The notes under the pieces were generated by a model. The model did no database searches. It saw nothing but the letters and a program-made list of their open reading frames with translations, and had not been told where the DNA came from. A DNA stretch of 64,000 nt from Octopus sinensis (lineage: Eukaryota), in contig NC_043004.1 of assembly GCF_006345805.1 (NCBI RefSeq), positions 44,578,001 to 44,642,000 on the forward strand. The letters are read 5' to 3'. Shown here one piece after another: positions 1 through 12,722 of this stretch; within the stretch, counting starts at the first letter, position 1; every line of letters starts with the position of its first letter. The translations under genes were made by a program, and so were the position numbers.

Positions 1-1173
1 TTTGTAGTGTGTTTTTTTGCCCGGCTCTGGAGGAATGCTAAATTATATTTACATTTTTTTTCTCTATTTTATTTAATCTTCTAAGGGCGTAATGTTAATT
101 TGTACGCTTATTTTAGTGCCATTTAATGGTTTGAGAGAATTTAGAAACAATAAGACAATTCCTTACGGATTTAGATTTTTTCCCGTAGAAACATTAGGCG
201 AACGGTTTCTCAGTACACAGGCGGCGCCTATAAATACAAGAAAAGACGGAGCCATTCTGATGAGATACAATTATAATTAGGGTGTGATTATTTTAAATTG
301 TGTAAAATATATCTGAATCTCGATAGACAAAGTAAATACACACACGAATGCGAATATGTGTATGTGTGTGTGTCTGTGCTTATGTTTTTAATGGTGTACT
401 AAAGAAAAGTTGATTCTTAGTAAAGTGCGAGACGTACACTATTAACTATTAATAAGGTTCAATTTCAGTACAATATATATGTAGCATGCAACATAGCGCG
501 AAACATTTTATTAGAGATATAGAAATCTTTTGTTAACAACAACAAAAAAATATATATAAAAATTGGTTACAGATGCGCAAAAAATATCGATGTCTCTCTC
601 TCCAACTAGAGGTGAGTCAAACTATAAAACATGTCGGAAAATAGTACTTTCTTCCATCAACTTCAATGCGGCTGTAGCAACGCTATATCTTATCCTCACA
701 ATAGCAGGTGTGAAAGCAACCAAGGCTTTTTCGCCAGACAACAACGGTAAGAATTACATTAACCTCACAGAAAATTCATCCAAAAACCCAACGAGCTTAG
801 TAGACCCGCTCTTTATAACCGAGTTTTAAAAGGATTCCATGTCGCTATCCCTATGTATCTGACAATTGTAGAATAAAGTTATCAACAATTCTAATTTAGT
901 CTAGTAAATGGGTATATTGTGGAAACCGCAACGTTTTTGTTAAAATGCATGAAAAGATATCTCTTCTGTCTGGTTGAATACAATATAATCACACAATAAT
1001 TCAAAATGTGGTAAAACAAAATAGTTAATGCCATCTAAGGTACTTCCAGTTGCCAAAGGGTATAATGTTCGATAAGCAGAAATATTGAACTTTCTAGTAA
1101 TAGCAGCATCTATATAATGGTTTCAAAATTTGGCACAAGGCCAGTAATTTCGGGGGACGGGATAAGCCGATTT

Positions 1174-1265
1174 AAATGCAATAGATCGATACTAGGGTCA
1201 TAATTATGGGTGACAGTTTCATATGACACCGCTAGAAAAAACTGCCGTTCAAACCGAAAAGATCC
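1174..1265 (-). mobile_element. Terminal fragment of an unclassified interspersed repeat (GGATCTTTTC terminus family)
   Basis: Minus strand begins GGATCTTTTCGGTTTGAA, matching the terminus at 28892 (+) and 43660 (-). Confidence 0.5.
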
Positions 1266-1573
1266 ATATAAATGCGTGCATGTGCAGTTCTAGGTATTTA
1301 CGTGCTATTTTCTGCCTCTTAGTCTAAGGAAGAGTCGTTCGTGTTTTGGTGGTGTTTTCAGAACACGCATGCGTGTGCCTGTGCGTGTGCCTGTGCGCAT
1401 GCCTGCGTATGTGTATATGTTTTACATGAATTGTATTTGATTGTTTGTTTCTTTGTTGTTTTCCTCCTTTTTTTTTTGTAGGACAGTTTTATGATAATTT
1501 TTGGCGTGTTATTACTGTATCGAGATATTTGTTGCTGAGTGGACTTTGAGTCTCACACACTTATACATATGCG

Positions 1574-1576
<3 letters not shown>

Positions 1577-1625
<49 letters not shown>
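1577..1625. repeat. (CA)n(TA)n microsatellite
   Basis: Direct reading. Confidence 0.95.
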
Positions 1626-1626
<1 letters not shown>

Positions 1627-1803
1627 CAAAGCAGCGTAGGCTGGTATATAAATCGCTACTCTTGTTATTACTGCCATTATCATTTTGGGGAAATAAATAT
1701 ATAATGAAATACAGAAAATAAAATAATAAAAAAAAGATAGATATAAAAAAAGTAAAAAATAAAAATTGACAAATAGAAATAAATTCAAATAAAGCAGTAG
1801 TAC

Positions 1804-1841
1804 TAGTGGTAGTGGTGGTGATCGTGGTGGCGGTAGTGGTG

Positions 1842-1885
<44 letters not shown>

Positions 1886-1916
1886 GGTGGTGGTGGTGGT
1901 GGTGGCGGTGGTGTTG

Positions 1917-1956
<40 letters not shown>

Positions 1957-1973
1957 TAGTGGTGGTGGTGGTG

Positions 1974-2013
<40 letters not shown>

Positions 2014-2220
2014 AAACAGGTGGTGGTGGAAGGTGTTTTTAGTCTAGATGTCAAACTTGTTATTGTGGTTGTTGTTTTCGTTGCTGTTTTAGCAACAGCA
2101 GCAGCGGTAGGGGCGCTAGCGGTGGCAGCGATGGCAGCGATGGCAGCGGCGGTAGCAGCAATAGCAGCATCGGTGGTGGTGAAATGGTAATGGTGATAGC
2201 ATAGATTATTGTACTACTAG
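1804..2220. repeat. (GTA)n/(GTG)n trinucleotide repeat with degenerate GCA/GGT tail
   Basis: Direct reading; explains the poly-V, poly-H and poly-Y ORFs. Confidence 0.95.
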
Positions 2221-2249
2221 TGGCAGATTACAAACTTAAATATCTGGGA

Positions 2250-2489
2250 AAGAAAGAAAGAAAGAAAGGAAGGAAGAAAGAAAGAACAAAAGAAAGAAAG
2301 AACAAAAGAAAGAAAGAACAAAAGAAAGAAAGAATGAATAAAAGAAAGAATGAAAGAAAGAAAGTGAGGAAGAAGGAAAGAAAGAAAGAAAGAATGAATG
2401 AATGAAAGAAAGAAACAAAGTGAGGAAGAAAGAAAGAAAGAAAGAAAGGAAGGAAGAAAGAATGAAAGAAAGAAAGAAGGAAAGAAGGA

Positions 2490-2536
<47 letters not shown>

Positions 2537-2711
2537 TGAGGAAGAAAGAAAGAAAGAAAGAATGAATGAATGAAAGGAAGAATGAAAGAAAGTGAGGAAG
2601 AAAGAAAGGAAGAAAGAAAGAAAGAATAAATGAATGAAAGAAAGAAACAAAGTGAGGAAGAAAGAAAGAAAGAAAGAAAGAATGAATGAATGAAAGAAAG
2701 AAACAAAGTGA

Positions 2712-2744
<33 letters not shown>

Positions 2745-3127
2745 GAAGAAAGAATGAAAGAAAGAAAGAACGAAAGAACGAAAGAAAGAAAGAAGGAAAG
2801 AAAGAAAGAAAAAGAAAGAAAGAAAGAAAGAATGAAAGAAAGAAAGTGAGGAAAAAAGAAAGAAAGAAAGAAAGAATGAATGAATGAAAGAAAGAATGAA
2901 AGAAAGTGAGGAAGAAAGAAAGAAAGAAAGGAAGGAAGGAAGAAAGAAAGAAAGAAAGAACAAAAGAAAGAAAGAATGAATGAAAGAAAGAATGAAAGAA
3001 ACAAAGTGAGGAAGAAAGAATGAAAGAAAGATAGAAAGAAAAATGAAAAAACAAAGTGAGGAAGAAAGAAAGAAAGAAAGAATGAATGAATGAAAGAATG
3101 AATGAATGAAAGAAAGAAACAAAGTGA

Positions 3128-3181
<54 letters not shown>

Positions 3182-3185
3182 AATG
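2250..3185. repeat. (GAAA)n-derived complex satellite with recurring AAAGTGAGGAAG motif
   Basis: About 930 bp of GAAA/GAAT with about 11 copies of AAGTGAGGAA; explains the long F/L/S ORFs. Confidence 0.95.
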
Positions 3186-3697
3186 TTACTGATAAAAATC
3201 TATTGATTTTCATTTCCACATTATGAAACCAACAAACTAAAAAAAAGGAAAACTTGCCAAAACTAGATACAGTGAAGTGTTCAATAATATTGTTCTTATT
3301 ATTATTGATTGTGTTGTTGTTGTTGTTGCTACTGTTCTTGTTTCTATCGTAACAACTATTATTGTTGTCTGGTGTTGGGTTTCTGGAGTTTTTTTGTTTT
3401 TAAGTTCATTTTTTTTTGTACTCCAGGCCAACTCTGATCCAGTAACCAGATGTGATCAAAGGTATAGATATTCCAACTGTGACCATCCCGACTTTTTTTT
3501 CCTACGTACAGGAAACCGAAGACCACACTATTTTTCTTCTATATTTTTTTGTGTTCTGTTGATTTTTTTTTTTGTATGTGGTATTTAAGTGAGGAGTTAA
3601 TAGATCGAGGGGCTATGTTGTCACCGTTGCTCTTAGATGTGTTTGCAATTATTTATTCTATGTAACATGTAACAGGTATCGTTCATTGGGGGATTGG

Positions 3698-3850
3698 CAG
3701 AGGCGTTAGCGATGCGACTAAATACTTTCCAGAATTTCTCTTAGCTCTTCACGATCTGAGTTCAAACCTAGCGGAGGTCATCTATACTTTTCGTCCCGCA
3801 AGAATCGATAGAATTAAATATTCGTCAAGTGATAAGGTCGGCTTAATTGG
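3698..3850 (+). mobile_element. Degenerate tRNA-derived SINE (type D)
   Basis: GGCAGAGGCGTTAGC A-box-like and GAGTTCAAAC B-box-like motifs; homologous to 4645-4800, 7912-8115 and 47845-47985. Confidence 0.6.
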
Positions 3851-4644
3851 CTAATGCGCTTCCACTAAATTAGTGAACTAATACCCATATAAGGAAAGTA
3901 CCATTTGTCCGTCGTTAGACTAATGGGAAATTGCTATTATTGTAATAGGAGGAGGAAAAAAGAAGTGGAAATGAGTAGTAGTAAGAGCAGAGGTGATGAG
4001 CGCCAGTCTGGTTAGAGGCACAGGAACTATAAGTGTAACATCAGTAAAGCCAAAACTTGAGACAACTGTTCTATGGAATTCTTTTGTGAGATACTTCGAG
4101 CGATCAAAGCCCGGGCCATCCATAGATGGAGGCAGGGGCTATTTGTGTGTAGCTCGTAATCTTGAACCTCACATTTACTTTTGCAAAACTTTGATTGACT
4201 ATGGGGAGCTGAGTATATTCTGAAGAGAAAATCTGAATAGAAAAATCATATAATGAAATACAATCTTCGTTATTGTTTAGAACGAGAGATAATTTCAGGA
4301 ATACTTACACATGACATTCCGAACAATTCCGAGGGCTATAGTTGCATACTTCATTTGGGGACGAATGTAATTCCTTTGTGATTATGTGTCTAGTATGTAT
4401 GTATTGCGGCGCCAAGTTTGCAAGAGAATGCCTCCTATGTGTAGAATGTTAGAGAGAAAAGAAGAGAGGTATGAACTAGGATTAAAGTGGGTGTTTTCGG
4501 TGGTTGGCGGTCAGTATATCATTCACGAATAGGAGAGTGAATTTCAGAGACGGTCTCGAAATCTGAGTCACGCTAGAGTTGAAATAGTATAGCTCAAAGA
4601 GCATTCCTTCATCAAACGGGTCAAGATACAACGATTTGACAGGA

Positions 4645-4800
4645 CGCGACTGGTTCTTTTCGTCCTCAGTTCAAATTCCACCGAGTTTGACTTTGCATTT
4701 CATCCTTTCGGAAGTAGATGAGGTAACTACCATTTGAGCACTAGGGTTGATATGACTGGGTAGACTCCAACTTAAAACTTCAGGACATGTGCATGTAGTA
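4645..4800 (+). mobile_element. SINE type D fragment
   Basis: AGTTCAAATTCCACCGAGTTTGACTTTGCATTTCATCCTTTCGG matches 47855-47900. Confidence 0.7.
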
Positions 4801-4894
4801 GAAATGATTAGTTACCTATATGTATACACACACACACACGTACGCCCCTCCCCCACACACACATACATATATGTGTGTATATATGTGTGTGTGT

Positions 4895-5267
4895 GGAGGC
4901 GCAGTGGCTCTGTGGTCAGGGTAGTGGACTCGTGGTCGTAGGATCGCGGTTTCGATTCCTACATAGGTTGTGGTGAGTGTTTATTGAGCGAAAATACCTA
5001 AAGCTCTACGTGGCTCTGGCAGGGTGTCGTGGCGAACCCTGCTGTACTCTTTCACCACAACTTTCTCTCATTCTTTGTTCCTTATTCAGTTGTATTTCAA
5101 AGGGCCAGCCTTGTCACACTCTGTGTCACGCTGAATCTCCCCGAGAAGTACATTAAAGGTTACGCATGTCTGTGGAGTGCTCAGCCACTTGCACGTTAAT
5201 TTCACGAGCAGGCTGTCTCGTCAATCGGATCAACTGGAATCTTCGTCGTCGCAACCGAGAGAGTACC
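4895..5267 (+). mobile_element. tRNA-derived SINE (head A, tail X)
   Basis: GGAGGCGCAGTGGCTCTGTGG A box and GGTTTCGATTCC B box; first ~170 bp homologous to 7317 and 15404, tail different. Confidence 0.85.
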
Positions 5268-5595
5268 ATGAAGTACACACACACACACATACATATATAT
5301 TATATATATATATATATACATGAACGTATGTATGCATGGATGGATGTCAGTCTGTATGTATGTATGTATATATATATATATATGAACGAACTCACTTCAA
5401 ACTAAATATGTACTGTATGATGTCTAACTCCATTGTGTATTATAAATGAATTTCTTATATTTGATAGCATGAACTATCTTTTTTTATATATAACTTTTTT
5501 TGATAAGGTTCATTTCAGGAACTGAAACATGTTATAATGTATATATAAAAATTAAAAATTGTATAATATAGCAGCATTTTCGAACTTCATTTTTT

Positions 5596-5648
<53 letters not shown>

Positions 5649-6349
5649 CATATACATACATGTACGTATGTATGCATGGATGGATGTCAGTCTGTATGCA
5701 TGTATGTATGTATATATATATATATATATACATACACACTAAAGTTTAAATAAAATGCCTACATGAAACAGTTTTCTCACACTGTATCGGTACGGATGCG
5801 AGGATATATCTGTAAAGGTCACTTAAAGAAGACAGGGTAAAGCATTGGCAAAGAAGACATACTTGGCAGCAGGAGGAGGATAGTTTACTGGAATGATAGC
5901 GAAAGAGGAGCTGAACAAGCGGGGGCGTAATACAGAAACAACCGCCGTATTAAAGCGAAGTAGCTGCCACCTGTGGGCGAGTGGGTGTGATTATTTTCAG
6001 TAATTGGGATGCATTGCTGTATGTTATATGGGTTATTTTAATAGTTATAATCGATCAGAACATTGAAATCCTTGTAATTTATAATAATAAAATGCCTGAG
6101 TTTTTGAATACTATTTAATTATGTGTACGTCTATAATAAATATCGTTTTTTTTCATGATTAAAATGTTATTTTCGTAAAGCTTTAATACGTAATGTTTAT
6201 ACCGTATATTTGTATTTTTTATAACAGAAAATTTTATTTTGCTTGATAAATAAACCATTAGAGGAGGTAAATGAATTTTAAAATCGTAGGAAAGCCTATT
6301 CATAATGGTGTATTATTTTCGTATAAATTGTTATAAGTTCATGTGAGTT

Positions 6350-6780
6350 AAAATTTTTTTTTTAAAAGCCTTTATATGTACGAAGTCGGTTATACAGCTG
6401 TAGACCCAGTGAGTTATATTTTGTAATGATGTTTTGCGGTTGGGACTGATATAAACAGAAAATTGCGGTATAATTAGACGGAAGAGAAGCGTGTAGTGTT
6501 TTGAAAATAGGTATCGAGGAATCATTAAAGGATCGTTTAGTAATGCAGAAATGTGGCTCCTGAGACAAATAGCAAAGTTATCATATGCAGACTGAATGTG
6601 AAACATCGAAGTATTTAGACGAGTAAAGACCAACAGAAAGATTCCTAACTGCATAAAGAGACAACATACTCAGTTCATTGAAACCAAATGCAGAAACAAA
6701 CAGTGTTGGGTATACTTGGTGGCAACTGGGAAACTAAAAAGAAACGTCCTAAAAAAAGACAGAGAGAGAGAAGGGGAGAG
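6350..6780 (+). mobile_element. Decayed RTE-like LINE, 3' part of the RT ORF
   Basis: Reads NAEMWLLRQIAKLSYAD*..NIEVFRRVKTNRKIPNCIKRQHTQFIE from ~6543, like the RTE AEMWxLRRxxKISW..NEEVLRR motif; has stops. Confidence 0.6.
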
Positions 6781-7064
6781 GGAGAGATAGAGAGAGAAAG
6801 AATTGTTCATGTTCTTATCTGCCATCTGGAAAATCGACCAAATAACATATTCCGTAGTATGTGAGATAGATGGGACTGGAGGTCACTCATTACATAAAGG
6901 CATGGCACATGAAGAAGATCGGTCGACAGTTAAATTTGTAGGAAAGCTCAATATTGTTGTGAGTGTCAAATATTGGTGTGCTAAATTTACATTAAGAAAA
7001 CTGTTGTAGCAAAGTCAGGGCTCTAAAACTTCGGTTAAATATGGGTGAGCAGCACCTAATTTGT

Positions 7065-7310
7065 GGAGGCGGTGGTTTAGTGGTTAGGGTGTCAGCATCA
7101 TGATCGTAAGATTGTGGTTTGGATTCCTGGACCGGGCGACGCGCTGTGTTCTTGAGCAAAACACTTCATTTCACGTTGCTCCAGTCCACTCAACAGGCAA
7201 AAATGAGTAACGCTGCGATGGACTGGCGTCCCGTCCAGCTGGGGAACACATATGTCATTGAAACCGAGAAACCGGGCCCATGAGCCTGGCTAGGTTTTAA
7301 AAGGGCGCAT
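7065..7310 (+). mobile_element. tRNA-derived SINE (head B, tail Y)
   Basis: GGAGGCGGTGGTTTAGTGG A box, GGTTTGGATTCC B box, central CTTGAGCAAAACACTTCATTTCACGTTGCTCCAG, tail ending AAGGGCGCAT. Confidence 0.85.
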
Positions 7311-7316
7311 TTATTT

Positions 7317-7620
7317 GGAGGCGCAATGGCTCAGTGGTTTGGGCAGCGGACTCGCGGTCAGAGGATCGCGGTTTCGATTCTCAGACCGGGCGTTGTGTGT
7401 GTTTATTGAGCAAAAACACCTAAAGCTCCACGAGGCTCCGGCAGGGAGTGGTGGCAACCTCTGTTGTACTTTTCCGACCCAACTTTCTCTCACTCTTTCT
7501 TCCTGTTTCCTGAGTAACGCTGCGACGGACTGGCGTCCCGTCCAGATGTGAGGAACACATACGCCATAGAAACTGGGAAACCAAGCTAATGAGCCTAGCT
7601 AGGCTTCAAAAGGGCGCATA
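7317..7620 (+). mobile_element. tRNA-derived SINE (head A, tail Y), head-to-tail with the previous SINE
   Basis: A and B boxes; closely similar to 15404-15704; same tail as 7065-7310. Confidence 0.88.
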
Positions 7621-7911
7621 AAAATTTTTTTAAATACTTAATTTAACCTTAAGCTAGGGAAAGCCGCTAACCAAGTATCACAATCGACATTAACTTCAAA
7701 ATGACTAATATTTGAGAGCAAATTCTGATGTATTTAAAAAAAAAATATTTGGTCTCTAAATTCAATGCAGCTTAAAACTTCAGCAAGTCTAAATCCGATA
7801 ATATATGAGAAGTGATAACCTGTTTAGACATGAAACAACTAGTTATTGTATTGCCAAAATAATAAACAAATCTAGAAGTATCAACTACGAAAGTCATAAT
7901 CATTTCTATTA

Positions 7912-8275
7912 TTAGTACAAGGCCTGAAATCTAGGTGAGAGCGTGATAGTCGATAACATCGACTCCAGTAATCAACTAGTACTTAGTTTATCAATCTCAA
8001 AAGGATGAATGGCAAAATCGACATCGGGAGAAGTTGAACTCAGAATATAAAGACGGACGAAATGCTGCAAAGCATTTTGTCCGGTGTACTAACGATTCGG
8101 CCAGTTCGTCGCCTTGCTGTGTTAAGTAATAATGGTTTCAGATTTTTCCATAACGGTAGCAATTTTCGGGGAGGGGATGAATCGATTACATCAACCCCAG
8201 TGTTAAACTGGTACTTATTTTAGCGACCCCGAAAGGATGAAAGGCAAAGTCGAGCTCGGCAGAATTTGAAACGAT
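7912..8275 (-). mobile_element. Two adjacent type D SINE copies or fragments
   Basis: Reverse complements of the type D sequence (AAAGGATGAAAGGCAAAGTCGA..., AATTTGAA). Confidence 0.75.
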
Positions 8276-8917
8276 AGCAAGTAATAATAGCGTACTATAC
8301 ACGAGCGTAACAATTTGGAAAAACTAAGGTATCACATTTCTACCAGTCGTGACAATGATAATTCTTTTTCGAAGAAATTGCTTACTTCTAATTGTTTTCT
8401 TTTTATCTAATAACTGGACTGATTATAGATATTAAAAGACCAATCGCTTGCTTTTAACTACCAATGAAAGTGAATTAGCTTGACGTGGAATATATTTTGT
8501 TTGGCGTGTCCTACTTAAGAGATAATAAAAAAAATAAAACTGTAGCTTTTATCTTTGTAGTTTGTTTATAATCAATATGTTTTGAAATACGGTTTTTGAT
8601 ATATCCTCGTGCTGCTTTCGTTACATATTATATATGTTGTTTATTAGATAAGTTAGATAAGATACAGCTTTGGCAGAAATATAGATTTAGTAGGGATAAA
8701 GTCTGGTTTGATATATTAACTAAGGCATATTGTCGACCCTGTCTGGAAAATTTGATAGATTGGTGATAACAGTCAAGTGTTGGTATGAAGTATATTGAGA
8801 AAAGAACGAACAGAAAAAAAGGAAATACAAATATATGTGAACCCAGTACATTAAAGACATTGTAAGCTGAATATAAAGATCAGAAAAGGGGAAAATAGAT
8901 ATGAGACTATAAGCTAG

Positions 8918-9290
<373 letters not shown>

Positions 9291-9724
9291 CGCTATATGT
9301 CTTGCTTGGAAAGCTATAGAGAAGTATTTCTATAGCTTTGTTTTCTATTAAAAAGTGTATCTGTTGGAAGAAGTAAAAGAAAGCGTAGAAAGACGACGCA
9401 AAGTGCGATTAAACGCTATTTATCTCGATCGGCGTTTCCTAACCGGCACTCCCCAGAATCTTACATTTCCCTCTCAGGTGGCTGAGGTTCTGCGAGAAGA
9501 TCAATTTTATGTAAATACATTTTTGTTGTCATTTTGTTGTTTCATATTTCTATTTTCGTTATGCGCAAACAAAAGGCGGTAAGCTTGTAGACGTTTTAGG
9601 ATGTTGGACAACAATGTTCGCTACTATTTGTTCCAACTCAGTACTCTTCTGACAAAAGTCAACTGCTTTTTAGTCTTCTGGTGTTAATAAAATAACTGCC
9701 CGTTGAGCACTGAGGCCTATATAT

Positions 9725-11667
9725 CACTGGTCAACACACATTTTGCTGACTTCGGTTTTGTGGTTGTTTTTAGTTAATTTTGAGTTGCTGATTTCAAACA
9801 TAACAGTAATTTCCCCCTAATACATCAGATTTTCATTGTATAGCATACCCCTGTTTCATAATGTACTATATAAATAATTAACCTTGTCAGGATAGTTCAC
9901 TCAGTCTTATAGTTTCAGACCATAAGTTATAATGTTAATAGAATAGAAAATGTAAGATAGCGTCACCTTTTACTAAATACCTACTGTGAATTTTAAATAT
10001 GATGGATAAAACACAAACCCTCATACACATAGCTTCCTATTCACGGAACAAATTTCCACTTGTGAGAGCATCTGGAGACTTTCATGTCTGCACAGTCTCT
10101 TTGAATACTCCAAGAGTAGTCTACCGTCATGTGTGTATTCCATCAGCCTTGATATCTCTCCTCCATAAACTTGATTGCGTGATGAAAATGCTCATCGTGC
10201 TCATCGGTCAGGTCAACGAGATTAGCAGGAAATTCATAGAGATGGCTATTAAGGAAATGAAGCTTTATGTACATGCTGCATCCTAAAAGATAAAAGCTAT
10301 CAACTAATGTCGCCACCAAATTCTTGTAGTTTGCAGCATTTTCACTCCCAGAAAATCCTTTCACAACATTCACAAATGAATCCCATGCTCTTTTCTCTGT
10401 CAGCCATTGAGCCCGAGAATTTCTGGCAATTCGTTAACTTTATAATTTATGGCCCATCAAAAACACAATGCCAGGAAATGTATATATGAATTTGAAACAG
10501 TTACCTTCCACATTAAGAGCTTTGACAAACTATTTCATTAGTCCTAATATGAAGGGGCAGAAAGATGATTTTCTCCCGCTCAACAAGTGGTTGGTGTATG
10601 ATATTCTTCTCCCCAACAGTCAAACTTTTCCTAACTGGCCAGAGTTTCCGTTCCCAATGTTTGTCTCGCGCTTGGCTATCTCATAAACACGGGGAACACG
10701 GATATTTTGTATACTCTCCTTGTTGGCTATGTAAAAAGTTGACCATTTTAAGATCCACAAATATGAATGACCCATTTGTGTTCATCATACTTAAATAAAT
10801 CTAATACAACTTTTACGCGATCATAATTCTCTTTTAAGTGTACAAAGTGACCAATAGGAACCGCATCAAACAAATTTCCATTATAGAGCATTACACATTT
10901 TAGACTCTTCTTTGAACTATCTATAATGAGTCTCAATTCACTAGGATCATTCTGTTCAACACCCATCACGCTTAACAGTCCTACCACGTCACAACAGTAA
11001 ACAAAATCTTTTTCAATTGTAAAGAATGCCAAGAGACCGTTTTCCTTGTTCCGGTAAAAGATTGACATTTGTTTCTTTCTGACACAAATTCTTCTCTTTA
11101 AGCCTAGAAACTAACAGTTCTGATAACTCTTTTGACAGTCCTAGGTCTCTAACTAAATCATTAAGTTCGCCTGGTTGAAGTTTTCATGTTCTTTGGTTGA
11201 TGTTTCTACAAAGTCTGAACACTATCATATTCATGATTTACATCTACTTCACATATATCACTTTCACCTTGCAGTGAAGGTAGATCCTTGAAAACGGGTA
11301 CTGGTACTCCATCGAAGTGAAGCACCGGAAGAATTGCTGAATCCAGATTTGGATAACTTATTTTCTGTCACGTTTTCTTGCTATAACCAGAAGTCTTTGT
11401 GAGACAAAAGTAGCAATCATTTATATGGTTGTTTGGTTCTTTGGCTCTCATCATATCATAGAAATACCGAATGTTAGTTGTTTCCTTGTGCCCTTTGTCC
11501 ATTGGCGCAGATTTTCAACATAAGGTTTACATATATTGTGCGGGCCCAATGTTCATCCTGATCACCGACTTTAATCTTTGACTTAGTCAAGTAGGATCTT
11601 TTGCGGCACTTGATGAATTAAACCCTGTAAATTTTCAAAGTTAGTTTTATTACTTGTTTAACGGGTG
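9725..11667 (-). mobile_element. Decayed Chapaev3-like (CMC superfamily) DNA transposon
   Basis: Minus-strand fragments KVGDQDEHWA, HINDCYFCL, LIIDSSKKSLKCVMLYNGN..HLKENYD..KWVIHICG and LGCSMYIKLHFLNSHLYEFPANL..DEHDEHFHHAIKFMEERYQG. Ends CACTGGTCAAC (9725) and weakly similar CACCCGTTAAAC (11667, -). Frameshifted. Confidence 0.7.
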
Positions 11668-11973
11668 TTGGGAATTTTCAATTAATGTAAGAAAAGGAAT
11701 AAAGATATATATAATAATTCTTATGTTGAAGCTTCCTATCACGTGGAATATATTTCAAAGGCGCATCTGTGTATCAAGAGTACAAGAAAAATGTTCGGAA
11801 ACGCTTTCTAGAGATATGGAGAGAATGATGGAAAATTCTGGATGTAGTAGTAGTAGTAGTAGTTATATATGTTTGTGTGCATGTGTATGTTAGAGAGAGA
11901 AGGGGAAAGAGTATGTGTGTGTGAGGGAGCGTATATATAACTATGTACGTAGAAGTATTCTTACATGTAATAT

Positions 11974-12022
<49 letters not shown>

Positions 12023-12027
<5 letters not shown>

Positions 12028-12388
12028 AAAAAGTCAGAATAGAAAATGCTAAAATAATTTTATAAAGAATATTTCAGTACCAGTTTCAGTCATTTTGAGA
12101 CCTTTTCAACTGTAACGATTAAATAATTAATTTAGAAAAATTAAAAGAAAAGTTTTTTTTTAAAACCCACAAGTGTAAACAAGAGAGACAGAGAAAGGCA
12201 GAAACAAGGAAAATGCCACTTATATTTGAACACTATACAAATATTCCTTTAAAAAACTTTTCTTTTAATTTTTCTAAATTTAATTATTTAATCGTTACAG
12301 TTGAAAAGGTCTCAAAATGACTGAAACCGGTACTGAAATATTCTTTATAAAATTATTTTAGCATTTTCTATTTTGACTTATTTTTTCA
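12023..12388. mobile_element. Foldback element with ~140-bp inverted arms, in (TA)n
   Basis: 12023-~12164 is the near-perfect reverse complement of ~12248-12388; each arm holds a hammerhead-like relic. Confidence 0.85.
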
Positions 12389-12417
12389 TATATATCAACT
12401 CGTGTCTTCCTTTTCAT

Positions 12418-12722
<305 letters not shown>

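Noticed and set aside
3993-4223. 76-aa ORF as a gene or Penelope GIY-YIG fragment
   Set aside because: No recognisable motif; probably old TE debris.
4895-4970. SINE heads as tRNA genes
   Set aside because: A and B boxes are present, but there is no complete cloverleaf and they continue into SINE bodies.
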